From assembly GCA_009103225.1 (NCBI GenBank), contig RHPI01002630.1, positions 19,285-83,284 on the forward strand: a stretch of 64,000 bases of DNA, written 5' to 3'. The notes under the pieces are model-generated. The model saw only the letters and a list, made by a program, of their open reading frames with translations. It searched no databases and was not told the origin of the DNA. The DNA is from Chlorokybus atmophyticus. Lineage: Eukaryota; Plantae; Mesostigma and Chlorokybus algae. A program made the translations under genes and the position numbers. Below are positions 22,574 through 35,300 of the stretch, piece by piece (position 1 is the first letter of the stretch; each line of letters starts with the position of its first letter).

Positions 22574-25500
22574 TGTGCAGAATATATCATAGTTTGCAGT
22601 GTTCTCTACATGTATAGCATATGACACTTATGTGCTATTGTCCAGTCAGCTTAGCTAGCCCTATTGTAGCTTATTAAGTTAGTACTTGATAAGCTACTCA
22701 TAGACTGCAGTTGTATGTATAGGCCGCATGCAGTTAGGACTGGCACAGTCTGGTCTGGTCTTTGGTAGGACCCAGACTGAGGGCCCAGAGCCAACAGGCC
22801 GCGGGTTATTAAGTTAGTTCACTCTCTGGTCAGTACCTCTGGCGGTGTAGCTTTGCTCTTACCACTGTGCTGTGTATGCTTGTTGTGCATGGTTGTATGC
22901 ATCATCTCTAGTCAACAGGTTATGGGCTCACGTCTACATGTGTAGAGCTAGCTACTGTGAGAGAGTGTTCTCCTCTGTGTATGGGGTTGTTGGCGCTGAT
23001 TGCTGGAGCTGAGAGGTGCAGCGGACAAGCAGGAGGACTGTGGGGTTCAGCTGTGAAGTTCAGTCAGCAGGAGAGTTAGCAGGATGGCAACCACTGGATT
23101 AGAGAAGGAGAAGTTCACCATTAAACCCTTGGGAGATAACAACTACGCCAGCTGGAGCTTTGAGATGAAGATGAAGATCATCTACAAAGAGTTGTGGGAC
23201 TACGTGGACCCAAAGGGGAGTGCGCCAATTGGTAACGAGTCTGCATGGATGCGAAGCGTGCTTTGCGTGCTTTGGCTTTGATGAGTATGCATGTTGAGCC
23301 CTTCCATAGGCCACTGCTACATATGCAATCTGATGCCAAGCATGCATGGGAAGCTTTAGAGAATATGTTCTCTACACGCTCTGTTGGTCGTAAGATTGAG
23401 CTCAAGCAAGCGTTCAACAACATGAGGAAGCTTGCTAGTGAGACAGTCGCAGAGTATTTGGGACGTGCACAGAAGCTCATAAATGATTTGACCTCAATTG
23501 GAGATTCAATCTCAGAGGATGATCTGTGCTTGAATGTACTGTCTGGGTTGCCACGAGAGTTCGAGATTGTTGTGATCATGTTGGAGGGTATTAGTACCAC
23601 TCAGAAGTTAACCCTTAAAGAGATTTTGTCTATGCTGTTGAAGGCAGAATCTATGATCAGGGGCAACGAGGCTGATGGAGAGTCCAGTGCGTTCGCTGCT
23701 CAAGCGCAGTCATCTGGAGGAGCTGGTACCAGCGGCAACAACAATGGCAACAAGGGTGGAGATCAGAAGAATCAGAAGAAGCCTTTCCAAGGGAAGTGCT
23801 TCCATTGCAACCAAATTGGGCACCGAAAGAGTGATTGTTAGCAGCTGAGGTTAGCAAAGGGCAGTCAGGGTGGACAGAAAGGAGTGGGTGGAGCAGTTGC
23901 CTTCACAGCATCCATAGAGATCAGGCGTCATCCTGGGTGGGTGTTCGATTCTGGCTGTACACAGCATTTGACTCCTGATGCTGGGCTGCTACTCAACTAC
24001 AAAGTTCAATGCAGTCCACGGAGTGTGGAGGTTCTGGGTGGACAGTTGGAGGTAGCGGGTACAGGCCAATCGGTGCTTCATTGTAAGACAGGAGAAGGTG
24101 TGTACAGGGTGGAGCTGAAGGAGGTTCTTCATGTTCCTAGTGCACAGGCTAGCCTCTTTTCCATGAAGGTCGCATTGAAGGCTGGAGCTGATTTGTCAGG
24201 CAAAGGAGCAGAAGTTTGTCTGCGCGTTGATGGCAAGGTGTGTCTTATCGCTAGAGAACAGCAGGGCGGCCTTTACCTTATAGAAGAAGCTGAGACTGAC
24301 AAGGCACTGGTGGCGACAGTTCCTGAGTCAGCTGAACTTTGGCATCGAAGGTTTGGGCATCTTGGCTACGACAACCTGCATCGTTTGGTAGCAGAAGATC
24401 TGGTCAGCGGCATCAATGTGAGCAAGCTGCAGACCAAGCAGACCAAAGGAGTGTTGTGTGAGCCATGTATGTTGTCCAAGATGCATAGGCAACCTTTTCA
24501 GCAACCTGAGAGCGTCAGCGAGCATGTTGGACAGTTGGTACACACAGATGTGTGTGGTCCGTTACCAGAGCCATTGAAAGGGGGAGCATCTTACATTGTC
24601 ACCTTCCTTGATGACTTCTCCAAGCTGTCATTGGTGCGTCATATGAAGCTCAAGTCATATGTACCAACTGTGGTGAAAGAGGTGGCGCTGTGGTTGAAAA
24701 ATGTGTCTGGCAAATCTGTGAAGACAGTGGGAAGTGACAGAGGAGGGGAGTACCTAAACAAAGAGCTGTCTGCATTCTGGTCTTTGCAAGGCATTGTGCA
24801 TCAGACAACAGCCCCGTACACTCCGCAGCAGAGCGGCTGAATCTGACTTTGATGGAAAGGGTGAGAGCCATGCTGAGTGATGCAAAGTTGGAGTATTGCT
24901 GGTGGGCAGAGGCGGTCTTGACAGCCAACTACATTAGAAATAGATCGCCAGTGCGCTCAAGCAAAAACTCCGTGGGAGCTGTTCTTCACGAAAGCTCCTG
25001 ATGTCAGCAACATGCGAGTGTTTGGCTGCACTACATATGTGTTATGTGTTGATACCAAAACAGAAAAGGAAGAAGCTGGAGCTAGTGAGCAAGAAAGGCC
25101 CATTCCTTGGCTATGAGCCTGACTCCAAGGCTTATAGAGTTTTGCTGGAGGATACTCAAAAGATTGTGATCAGCAGAGAAGTTGTCTTTCATAAAGCCGT
25201 GGGAGCTCAGCAACTGCAGGAGATCAGTGACAGTGACTCTTCAGGTGAAGATGTCAGATCTGATGATGATCAGCAACAGCCTGAGTCCAGCACTGCAACC
25301 ACTGCTCCTTATTTGGTGGACAGTAATTCTGATGGAGAAAGGGAGCTCAGCCCTAAGAAAGTGAGCAGAGCTGCAAGCAGATATGACAGGAGTCATCGAA
25401 AGCAGCAAAACCAACAGCAAGGTAGGGGGCATTATCCTGGGCGCGACAGGAAGGGTCCTGTTCATTTTCACAAGGAGTTTGGCTATATGGCGGGCTCAGA

Positions 25501-27489
25501 TTCACAGAGTGTGGAGCCAGCGACATATGAAGAAGCACTCCTGCGGACTAATGCAAAAAGTTGGCGTCAGGCAATGGATTGCTCAAAAAATGAAGAGATA
25601 GCCTCGTTGCATGCCAATGCAACACGGGAACTTGAAGTTCCACCTGCAGGGTCAAGCCTATTCGTGTCAAGTGGGTGTTCGAGGTGAAGAGGGACGGCAA
25701 TGGCAACATTGAAAGGTACAAAGCCAGGTCGGTTGCCAAGGGGTTTTTGCAGCAAGAAGGAGTGGACTTCAATGAGGTGTTTGCACCTGCGGGGAAGTTG
25801 GCAACCTTCAGAGCTATGGTGGCAGTTGTGTCAGCAGACAACCTGGAGCTCCATCACTTGGATGACAAGACAGTGTTTCTGTATGGGGAGCTGGAGGAGA
25901 GAATCTACATTCAGCAACCAAGAGGGTATCAGAAGGGGCCACCTGGTACAGCATGCAGATTGGTGAAGGCGTTATATGGCTTGAAGCAGGCACCACGGGT
26001 GTGGCATGCAAGACTGTGCAAGGAGCTCCGGAAGCAGGGGTTTACAGCAAGTCTAGCAGATCCAAGCTTGTTCTACCACGAGAGCAAGCAAGTGTGGCTA
26101 TTGGTGTACGTGGACAACATTCTGATTGCAGCGTCAGGATTGTTAGGGGTGCAGCGAGTGAAGACTCAGCTGCAGGCTGTGTTCGAATGCAGAGACTTGG
26201 GCGAGACAGCATACTTCTTGAGTATGGTTGTCATCAGAGACAGAGCTGCTGGAACCATCACCATTGCGCAAGAGCAAGCGGTGAGGCAGTTGGTGACAAA
26301 GTGTGGTCTCGACAATGCGAATGTCAGAGAGGTGCCACTGAGCGTGGGAGTTCAGTTGGTAAGAGCACTGGACAGTGACGAAGAGCTGGATAAGGCAAAG
26401 TATCCCTACTGTGAGCTTGTAAGGAGCCTTCTTTATCTGTCCATAGCTTCTCGGCCCGACATTGCGCACGCTGTGGGACAGTTGGCGAGGTACATGTCTG
26501 CTCCAACAATGCAGCATTGGTTGGCAGGAAAAGGTGTGTTACGCTACTTGTCAAGGACAGCAACAATTGGCATCCAGTATGGGCTGGGCAACCAGGAGTT
26601 GCAAGGCTACTGTAATGCAGATTATGCTGGTGACTTGGATACCAGAAGGTCTACCACTGGATATGTCTTCAAGCTAAATGGTGGAGTGGTTAGTTGGAAC
26701 AGCAAGCTGCAACCAACAGTGGCAGCTTCCACTACAGAAGCAGAGTACATGGCCTCTGCAGCAGCGGCGAAGGAGGCATTGTGGCTTAGGTAACTGCTAT
26801 AAGACCTTGGTCATCCATGTGGAAGCGTGGAGATGCGCTGTGACAACCAAGGAGCAGTCAAGCTACTGAAGAATCCCATACCCTCAGCGAGGAGCAAGCA
26901 CATTGATGTGCAACATCACTTTGTGAGAGACAGAGTGGCGAGGAATGAGATTGAGTTTGTCTTCTGTGGCACTGAGGAGATGCTGGCTGACTTCATGACG
27001 AAGGGACTGCCTGTGAAGAAGTTCAAGGCATATTGTGAAGGACTGGGCATCAGGGCAGTGAAGATGAAGACAATAAAAACCGAGTTCTGAGGGTTCAGAG
27101 CTGGCCAAGCTGCCTGATGGAGTGTAGAGAATATAGCATGGTTTGCAGTGTTTGCCTACATGTATAGCATATGACACTTATGTGCTATTGTCCAGTCAGC
27201 TTAGCTAGCCCTATTGTAGCTTATTAAGTTGCTACTTGACAAGCTACTCATAGACTGCAGTTGTATGTATAGGCTGCAGGCAGTTATGACTGGTACAGTC
27301 TGGTCTGGTCTTTGGTAGGACCCAGACTGAGGGCCAGAGCCGACAGGCCGCGGGTAATTGAGTTAATTCACTCTTTGGTCAGTATCTTTGGCGGTGTAGC
27401 TCTGCTCTTACCACTGTGCTGTGTATGCTTAAGCAACCATGCGCAACAAGCTTGTTGTGCATGGTTGCATGCAGCATCTCTAGCCAACA
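22574..27489 (+). mobile_element. Full-length degenerate Ty1/copia (family C) inserted in the B LTR
   Basis: LTRs 22574-22917 and 27123-27489, TSD TTTTC (22569-22573 and 27490-27494), PBS GGTTATGGGCTC at 22918. Confidence 0.93.
23084..27090 (+). pseudogene. gag-pol: copia C gag-pol with several frameshifts and stops
   Basis: CFHCNQIGHRKSDC, WVFDSGC, LWHRRFGH, VHTDVCGP, SDRGGEY, LYGLKQAPR, LLVYVDN, YCNADYAGD, KHIDVQHHFVRD across ORFs 23084-27090. Confidence 0.93.
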
Positions 27490-27598
27490 TTTTCTGCTTG
27501 CATAGACGGTTTGAGGGTGTTGTGTTGTGTGTCTACGCCTAGGAAGCTTGCATCTCAACATTCCACACAGAGCCCTGACTTGTTACCTTTGTTTGCAG

Positions 27599-27832
27599 GA
27601 GAAAATGGCCGCCATCTACACCATGACTGTCGAGGCGCACCAAGCTCATACACTTGGCCTGGCTGCCATAGAGAAAGCTCTTACCCGGCAGGTTGTATCG
27701 TTTGAACTGCAGCAGGAGGAAAGGGAAAAGCATTGGGAGAAGAAGATAACAGGTATTCCTTTAAACATGCTAGAAGAAGTTCCTCTCCAAGGAGATGCAA
27801 GACGCGCTGCGTGTCATTGTCAATGAGCACAT
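27599..27832 (+). pseudogene. Coding exon of an unknown gene interrupted by copia A2 (copy at 37405-37638; continuation 45639-45790)
   Basis: TTTGCAG acceptor then EKMAAIYTMTVEAHQAHTLGLAAIEKALTRQ...; MQDALRVIVNEH joins in frame to IEHEEKNEEQDKEADAV...VSDQ* beyond the far LTR at 45633. Confidence 0.45.
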
Positions 27833-29659
27833 TGTTGAAGGACTAGCATGCACAGAGGCAGAGCTACCGCCACCAGAGCATACACAAGTCACATCACATT
27901 CATCTATTACAAGTTGTCCGCTGGTTCTTATACCAGCCAGTTACACACACGTCTACCTTTGCAAGCACTGCATAAGCTATACTCAGCCTTTTTACGCGCT
28001 CTAAGCTGTGTTGTCTTTCTTACAACCAGAGCTTTTCAACAAGCTCTTACACGCCTAATATGAGGAAGTATACGCGGAGATACGAAGCAGTTAGTAAGGC
28101 TCCAGTCTGGAGTCCGGAGTCTGGTCCGACGACGCCATCTTGCTAAGTCTGGACCTAGTGCTCGTCCTTACGACCTTCTACTCCTGTGTGGAGGGTCTGT
28201 TGAAGGTATTACATGTGGTGATGCTTGTATCCGGTCAGCTTGCCCTTCATACAGGAGTCGAGGGTCGAAGGTACCAGGAAGAAGCGCGTGGGCTCCAGAC
28301 TTAGCAAGACGGTCGAGTCATGACGGACTCCGGACCAGGCTGCTTGGTAGAGCCTTGGGAGAAATCGCGTAGCTTTGTGGATACGTAAGCTTAGCAGGCG
28401 TGGCTTAGCTTGTTGAGAAGCTCTGGCTGTGAGCTAAACAGCATAGCTTACAGAACAGCAATCGGCTGAGTATAGCGCACGCGGTGCTTGCCAATGTAGA
28501 CGTGTGTAGAGACTGGCGGGGTATAAAGCCCAGACTTGTTGCAATGAAGATGAGAGGTCACGATGTAGCATGTGTGCGGATGCTATGGCGGCAGTAGCAG
28601 TCATGCTCTTGTGTTGATGTTGTTGGCGTGTCACTTGCACATGTGTATGTCAACAGGGTCGATGCTGATCGTATGTAGGAATACTCTCAACACTCCCACG
28701 CGAGCAGCTTGACCTCCAACGCTTGCTCCTGTAGTCAAACACAGATGCCAAGTCCTGCACAACAAGTCTTGAACTTGAGTGGTGACAATGGCTTTGTCAT
28801 GAAGTCCGTCAGCATGCTCTCGGTGTTGCAGTACTGGAACTCCACCTCCTTGTGACTCTGTCACGCACAAAGTGATGCATGACATCAATGTGCTTCGTCC
28901 TTGCCGAGGCGATAGGGTGCTTCAACAACTTGATGGCTCCTTAGTTGTCACAGTTGATGACGATGCACGCCATGGGGTGCTCCAAGTCTGCCATGAGCTT
29001 GCGAAGCCAGAGTGCCTCCTTCACTGCTGCTGCCGCTGCCATGTACTCAGCCTCTGATGTAGATGCTGCTGTTGTTGGCTGCAGCCTGCTGTTCCAGCTC
29101 ACCACGCCTCCATTCAGCTTGAAGACGTAGCCTGTAGTGGACCTCCTGCTGTTGAGGTCACCAGCAAAGTCCGAGTCGCAGTAGCCCTCCAACTCAGTGC
29201 TCCCGCTCCCAAACTTGATGCCAACTGTTGCGCTCCCAGCAACATAGCGTAGTACTCCCTTTGCTGCTCTCCAGTGCTCCATGCTCGGTGCAGACATGTA
29301 GCGAGCAAGTACTCCCACAGCATGTGCAACATCGGGACGTGTGCACACTGCCAGATAGAGCATGCTGCCTACCAGCTCACCATATGGATACTGAGCCTTG
29401 TCGAGTACCTCCTCATCCTTTGCCTTGATGAGGGCAGTGCCAACGGTGTGGTCTTGATCTTCGCTTCAGTGAGCCCAAACTTGGTGACGAGTCTTCTCAC
29501 CATCTGCTCCTGACTAATCTTGATTGTGCGAGCCGCCCTGTCGCGCTCAATCACCATGCCAAGGAACCACTTGGCCTCTCCAAGATCACGAACTGAGAAT
29601 GCTTGCTGTAGAGCAAGTTTCGTCTCCTGCAGGTGGTGCACCTGCCTGGCGGTGATGAT
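27833..29659 (-). mobile_element. 3' end of a family-A copia (LTR 27833-28692, RNase H and RT), cut by the gap; duplicate of the A2 3' end
   Basis: LTR-A sequence, CTCCCACGCG, RNase H and RT ORF fragments near-identical to 37639-39475. Confidence 0.9.
28198..28655. mobile_element. Solo copia LTR (family D) inserted in an A LTR
   Basis: TGTTGAAG...GTCAACA with TSD GGGTC at 28193-28197 and 28656-28660; absent from the other A LTRs (9952, 14441, 45238). Confidence 0.9.
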
Positions 29660-30037
29660 NNNNNNNNNNNNNNNNNNNNNNNNNNNNNNNNNNNNNNNNN
29701 NNNNNNNNNNNNNNNNNNNNNNNNNNNNNNNNNNNNNNNNNNNNNNNNNNNNNNNNNNNNNNNNNNNNNNNNNNNNNNNNNNNNNNNNNNNNNNNNNNNN
29801 NNNNNNNNNNNNNNNNNNNNNNNNNNNNNNNNNNNNNNNNNNNNNNNNNNNNNNNNNNNNNNNNNNNNNNNNNNNNNNNNNNNNNNNNNNNNNNNNNNNN
29901 NNNNNNNNNNNNNNNNNNNNNNNNNNNNNNNNNNNNNNNNNNNNNNNNNNNNNNNNNNNNNNNNNNNNNNNNNNNNNNNNNNNNNNNNNNNNNNNNNNNN
30001 NNNNNNNNNNNNNNNNNNNNNNNNNNNNNNNNNNNNA
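29660..30037. other. Assembly gap, 378 N
   Basis: Run of N. Confidence 1.
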
Positions 30038-32379
30038 AACTGCGTCGCGGTGGCTGTCATATATGTCTATACCTACAACAAATGCCAGCAGATTACATGC
30101 CTCAGTCATGCGCATTTGTCAAGCATGACTGCAGTAATGGAAGCTGCTTATCCTAGCTGCGTTGAAACCATATCTTCTCAGAGATCTCCCAACTGGTTAA
30201 TAATTGGCTTGAGATAAGCCTGTAGATTCTCTGGCTGTTTGGGTCCAAGGATTACAGCAGCTAGAAATGTAGTGTCTGTCTTGTGCATCTTGGCAATGGG
30301 CAGGTTCAACACTGAGATTGTGACAACCCAAAACTCATAGTTCCCTGCAACTCAACAAACCCTTTGCTGCCATTCGTACAGTTACACTGCAACGAGCAGA
30401 CAGGAAGAAAAATGCTCTTTTATACCTTTGTGCGGATCTTTGACCGGGCTCATCCCGTCGATGAACATCGCTAGGCGCACATTGCGTGGTTCTTTTGCAA
30501 ACCGGCTGTAGCGTTGTTCAGTGTCCTTGAACATTGGCGAGTCTGACAGCAGCAAGTACACCAAGGGCTTACGACCAACTGCCCCAGCCCCACAACACAT
30601 TCAAACATGCATACAATCGCAAGGCTGGATACTGAGGTCTTACATACCGCCCCAGCACCTCGCCGACACACAAACAAACACAGGCAAGGACACCGAGGTC
30701 TTACATGCCGCCTCAGCGCCACGCCGACACACAAACAAACACAGGCAAGGACACCGAGGTCTTACATGCCGCCTCTGCGCCACGCACACAAAAGCACAAG
30801 GCACGGACACTGAGGGCTTGCATTGGACTGCCCTAGCCGCTCACCAACACAATCATACACAGTCGTGCCTCATTTACCACTGAACTTGGCAATGTTACCG
30901 TGTATAGATCGCTTGTTGGAAAGCTTGTTGGAAAGCTCTAGTTGTAAGGAAGACAACGCAGCTTAGAGCGCGTTAAAAGGCTGAGTATAGCTTGCGCAGT
31001 ACTTGCAAACGTAGACGTGTGTGTAACTGGCTGGTATAAGAACCAGCGGACAACTTGTAATAGATGAATGTGATGTGACTTGTGTATGCTCTGGTGGCGG
31101 TAGCTCTGTCTCTGTGTGTCTATGCTTGCCTCAACTACATGTGCATGCTAGTCCTTCAACAAGTACTTTTTGGGCATTGTCATTGACAGGGATAGGCGGT
31201 CTAAGACTGCAAAGATCAGCCAGAAGCAGATGGTTTGCAGGCTTGTGGACAAATTTGGGCTGCAAGAGGCCAAGGTTAAGGCTACACCCTTGGCGGTAGG
31301 AGTCAGACTTGTGAAGTCTGAGAGTGAGGCAGATCTGCTGGACAAGACTCGGTACCCCTACAGCACTTTGGTTGGGAGTCTTTTGTACTTGTCAGTCAGT
31401 ACTAGGCCGGACATTTCCCATGCCGTGGGAGTCTTAGCCAGGTACATGTCTGACCTACCATGGAGCACTGGAGGGCTACAAAGGCGTGCATGCGCTATGT
31501 GGCTGGGACTTCCAGTGTCGGCATTACTTTTGGTGGAGGACTAATAGGTCTGGAGGGCTATTGCGATGCAGACTACGCAGGAGACTTAGACTTCAGAAGG
31601 TCTACCACGGGCTACACATTCTTGTTGAATGGTGGAGTCATCAGTTGGAGCAGCAAGCTACAGCCCACTGTTGCAGTGTCTACTGCAGAGGCGGAGTACA
31701 TGGCTGCATGCCAGGCAGTCAAGGAGGGGCTTTGGTTGCGCAAGCTGCTTGCAGACTTGGGTCCAGACCAAACTGTCATTCCCATGCACTGCGACAACCA
31801 AGGGGCTATTCGGCTCTTGAAGCACCCCATTGTTTCAGTCATGTCTAAGCACATTAATGTCATGCATCACTTTGTGCGGGAGCGCGTGGCGCGTGGAGAG
31901 GTGGAGTTCATCTACTGCAAGACCGAAGACATGCTTGCAGACTTTATGACGAAGGCTTTAACCCCTGCCAAGTTTAAGACCTGCTGCATGGGTCTAGGCA
32001 TCTACTAAGCTGCCTGCGTGGGAGTGTTGGAATTTAAGACAAGGTTTAGCCGTCCTAAGACTCTAGTCAGCTTGGTCTAGCTAAGTACTCATGAGTTTCG
32101 TACTTAGTAGACTCAGTTTCGTAAAAAACCGTCAGTCTTGACAGTTTAGACCGTTTATGACTCTTTTTGGGTCATATGCTGACTAGACCCGCCTTGTATA
32201 CTATTGTGAGCTTGTATATCGATTTCTTTGCAGTGTTGACCGTTATTGGGTATAAAGGGACGCCCACACACGTTGAACTTGGTTCACTTTGCTTGTGCTT
32301 GAGTCTGGTGGCGGCGGAAGCCTTGGCCTGGGCGTGGTCTGGACTGGTCGGGTCTGGCGTGGTCTAGTCTGATCTTTTC

Positions 32380-35300
32380 TGTGCAGAATATATCATAGTT
32401 TGCAGTGTTCTCTACATGTATAGCATATGACACTTATGTGCTATTGTCCAGTCAGCTTAGCTAGCCCTATTGTAGCTTATTAAGTTAGTACTTGATAAGC
32501 TACTCATAGACTGCAGTTGTATGTATAGGCCGCATGCAGTTAGGACTGGCACAGTCTGGTCTGGTCTTTGGTAGGACCCAGACTGAGGGCCCAGAGCCAA
32601 CAGGCCGCGGGTTATTAAGTTAGTTCACTCTCTGGTCAGTACCTCTGGCGGTGTAGCTTTGCTCTTACCACTGTGCTGTGTATGCTTGTTGTGCATGGTT
32701 GTATGCATCATCTCTAGTCAACAGGTTATGGGCTCACGTCTACATGTGTAGAGCTAGCTACTGTGAGAGAGTGTTCTCCTCTGTGTATGGGGTTGTTGGC
32801 GCTGATTGCTGGAGCTGAGAGGTGCAGCGGACAAGCAGGAGGACTGTGGGGTTCAGCTGTGAAGTTCAGTCAGCAGGAGAGTTAGCAGGATGGCAACCAC
32901 TGGATTAGAGAAGGAGAAGTTCACCATTAAACCCTTGGGAGATAACAACTACGCCAGCTGGAGCTTTGAGATGAAGATGAAGATCATCTACAAAGAGTTG
33001 TGGGACTACGTGGACCCAAAGGGGAGTGCGCCAATTGGTAACGAGTCTGCATGGATGCGAAGCGTGCTTTGCGTGCTTTGGCTTTGATGAGTATGCATGT
33101 TGAGCCCTTCCATAGGCCACTGCTACATATGCAATCTGATGCCAAGCATGCATGGGAAGCTTTAGAGAATATGTTCTCTACACGCTCTGTTGGTCGTAAG
33201 ATTGAGCTCAAGCAAGCGTTCAACAACATGAGGAAGCTTGCTAGTGAGACAGTCGCAGAGTATTTGGGACGTGCACAGAAGCTCATAAATGATTTGACCT
33301 CAATTGGAGATTCAATCTCAGAGGATGATCTGTGCTTGAATGTACTGTCTGGGTTGCCACGAGAGTTCGAGATTGTTGTGATCATGTTGGAGGGTATTAG
33401 TACCACTCAGAAGTTAACCCTTAAAGAGATTTTGTCTATGCTGTTGAAGGCAGAATCTATGATCAGGGGCAACGAGGCTGATGGAGAGTCCAGTGCGTTC
33501 GCTGCTCAAGCGCAGTCATCTGGAGGAGCTGGTACCAGCGGCAACAACAATGGCAACAAGGGTGGAGATCAGAAGAATCAGAAGAAGCCTTTCCAAGGGA
33601 AGTGCTTCCATTGCAACCAAATTGGGCACCGAAAGAGTGATTGTTAGCAGCTGAGGTTAGCAAAGGGCAGTCAGGGTGGACAGAAAGGAGTGGGTGGAGC
33701 AGTTGCCTTCACAGCATCCATAGAGATCAGGCGTCATCCTGGGTGGGTGTTCGATTCTGGCTGTACACAGCATTTGACTCCTGATGCTGGGCTGCTACTC
33801 AACTACAAAGTTCAATGCAGTCCACGGAGTGTGGAGGTTCTGGGTGGACAGTTGGAGGTAGCGGGTACAGGCCAATCGGTGCTTCATTGTAAGACAGGAG
33901 AAGGTGTGTACAGGGTGGAGCTGAAGGAGGTTCTTCATGTTCCTAGTGCACAGGCTAGCCTCTTTTCCATGAAGGTCGCATTGAAGGCTGGAGCTGATTT
34001 GTCAGGCAAAGGAGCAGAAGTTTGTCTGCGCGTTGATGGCAAGGTGTGTCTTATCGCTAGAGAACAGCAGGGCGGCCTTTACCTTATAGAAGAAGCTGAG
34101 ACTGACAAGGCACTGGTGGCGACAGTTCCTGAGTCAGCTGAACTTTGGCATCGAAGGTTTGGGCATCTTGGCTACGACAACCTGCATCGTTTGGTAGCAG
34201 AAGATCTGGTCAGCGGCATCAATGTGAGCAAGCTGCAGACCAAGCAGACCAAAGGAGTGTTGTGTGAGCCATGTATGTTGTCCAAGATGCATAGGCAACC
34301 TTTTCAGCAACCTGAGAGCGTCAGCGAGCATGTTGGACAGTTGGTACACACAGATGTGTGTGGTCCGTTACCAGAGCCATTGAAAGGGGGAGCATCTTAC
34401 ATTGTCACCTTCCTTGATGACTTCTCCAAGCTGTCATTGGTGCGTCATATGAAGCTCAAGTCATATGTACCAACTGTGGTGAAAGAGGTGGCGCTGTGGT
34501 TGAAAAATGTGTCTGGCAAATCTGTGAAGACAGTGGGAAGTGACAGAGGAGGGGAGTACCTAAACAAAGAGCTGTCTGCATTCTGGTCTTTGCAAGGCAT
34601 TGTGCATCAGACAACAGCCCCGTACACTCCGCAGCAGAGCGGCTGAATCTGACTTTGATGGAAAGGGTGAGAGCCATGCTGAGTGATGCAAAGTTGGAGT
34701 ATTGCTGGTGGGCAGAGGCGGTCTTGACAGCCAACTACATTAGAAATAGATCGCCAGTGCGCTCAAGCAAAAACTCCGTGGGAGCTGTTCTTCACGAAAG
34801 CTCCTGATGTCAGCAACATGCGAGTGTTTGGCTGCACTACATATGTGTTATGTGTTGATACCAAAACAGAAAAGGAAGAAGCTGGAGCTAGTGAGCAAGA
34901 AAGGCCCATTCCTTGGCTATGAGCCTGACTCCAAGGCTTATAGAGTTTTGCTGGAGGATACTCAAAAGATTGTGATCAGCAGAGAAGTTGTCTTTCATAA
35001 AGCCGTGGGAGCTCAGCAACTGCAGGAGATCAGTGACAGTGACTCTTCAGGTGAAGATGTCAGATCTGATGATGATCAGCAACAGCCTGAGTCCAGCACT
35101 GCAACCACTGCTCCTTATTTGGTGGACAGTAATTCTGATGGAGAAAGGGAGCTCAGCCCTAAGAAAGTGAGCAGAGCTGCAAGCAGATATGACAGGAGTC
35201 ATCGAAAGCAGCAAAACCAACAGCAAGGTAGGGGGCATTATCCTGGGCGCGACAGGAAGGGTCCTGTTCATTTTCACAAGGAGTTTGGCTATATGGCGGG

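Larger units (their letters stand above)
22219..27560 (+). repeat. 3' LTR of copia B, split into 22219-22573 and 27495-27560 by element C
   Basis: Starts TGTTGG after GCGTGGGAG and resumes after the TTTTC TSD to end CTCAACA at 27560. Confidence 0.8.

Noticed and set aside
22219-22917. One 699-bp LTR shared by two tandem copia elements
   Set aside because: The TTTTC TSD and the resumed LTR at 27495-27560 show that C is nested inside the B LTR.
29369-30217. ORFs listed across 29369-30217
   Set aside because: They are artefacts of translating through the N gap.
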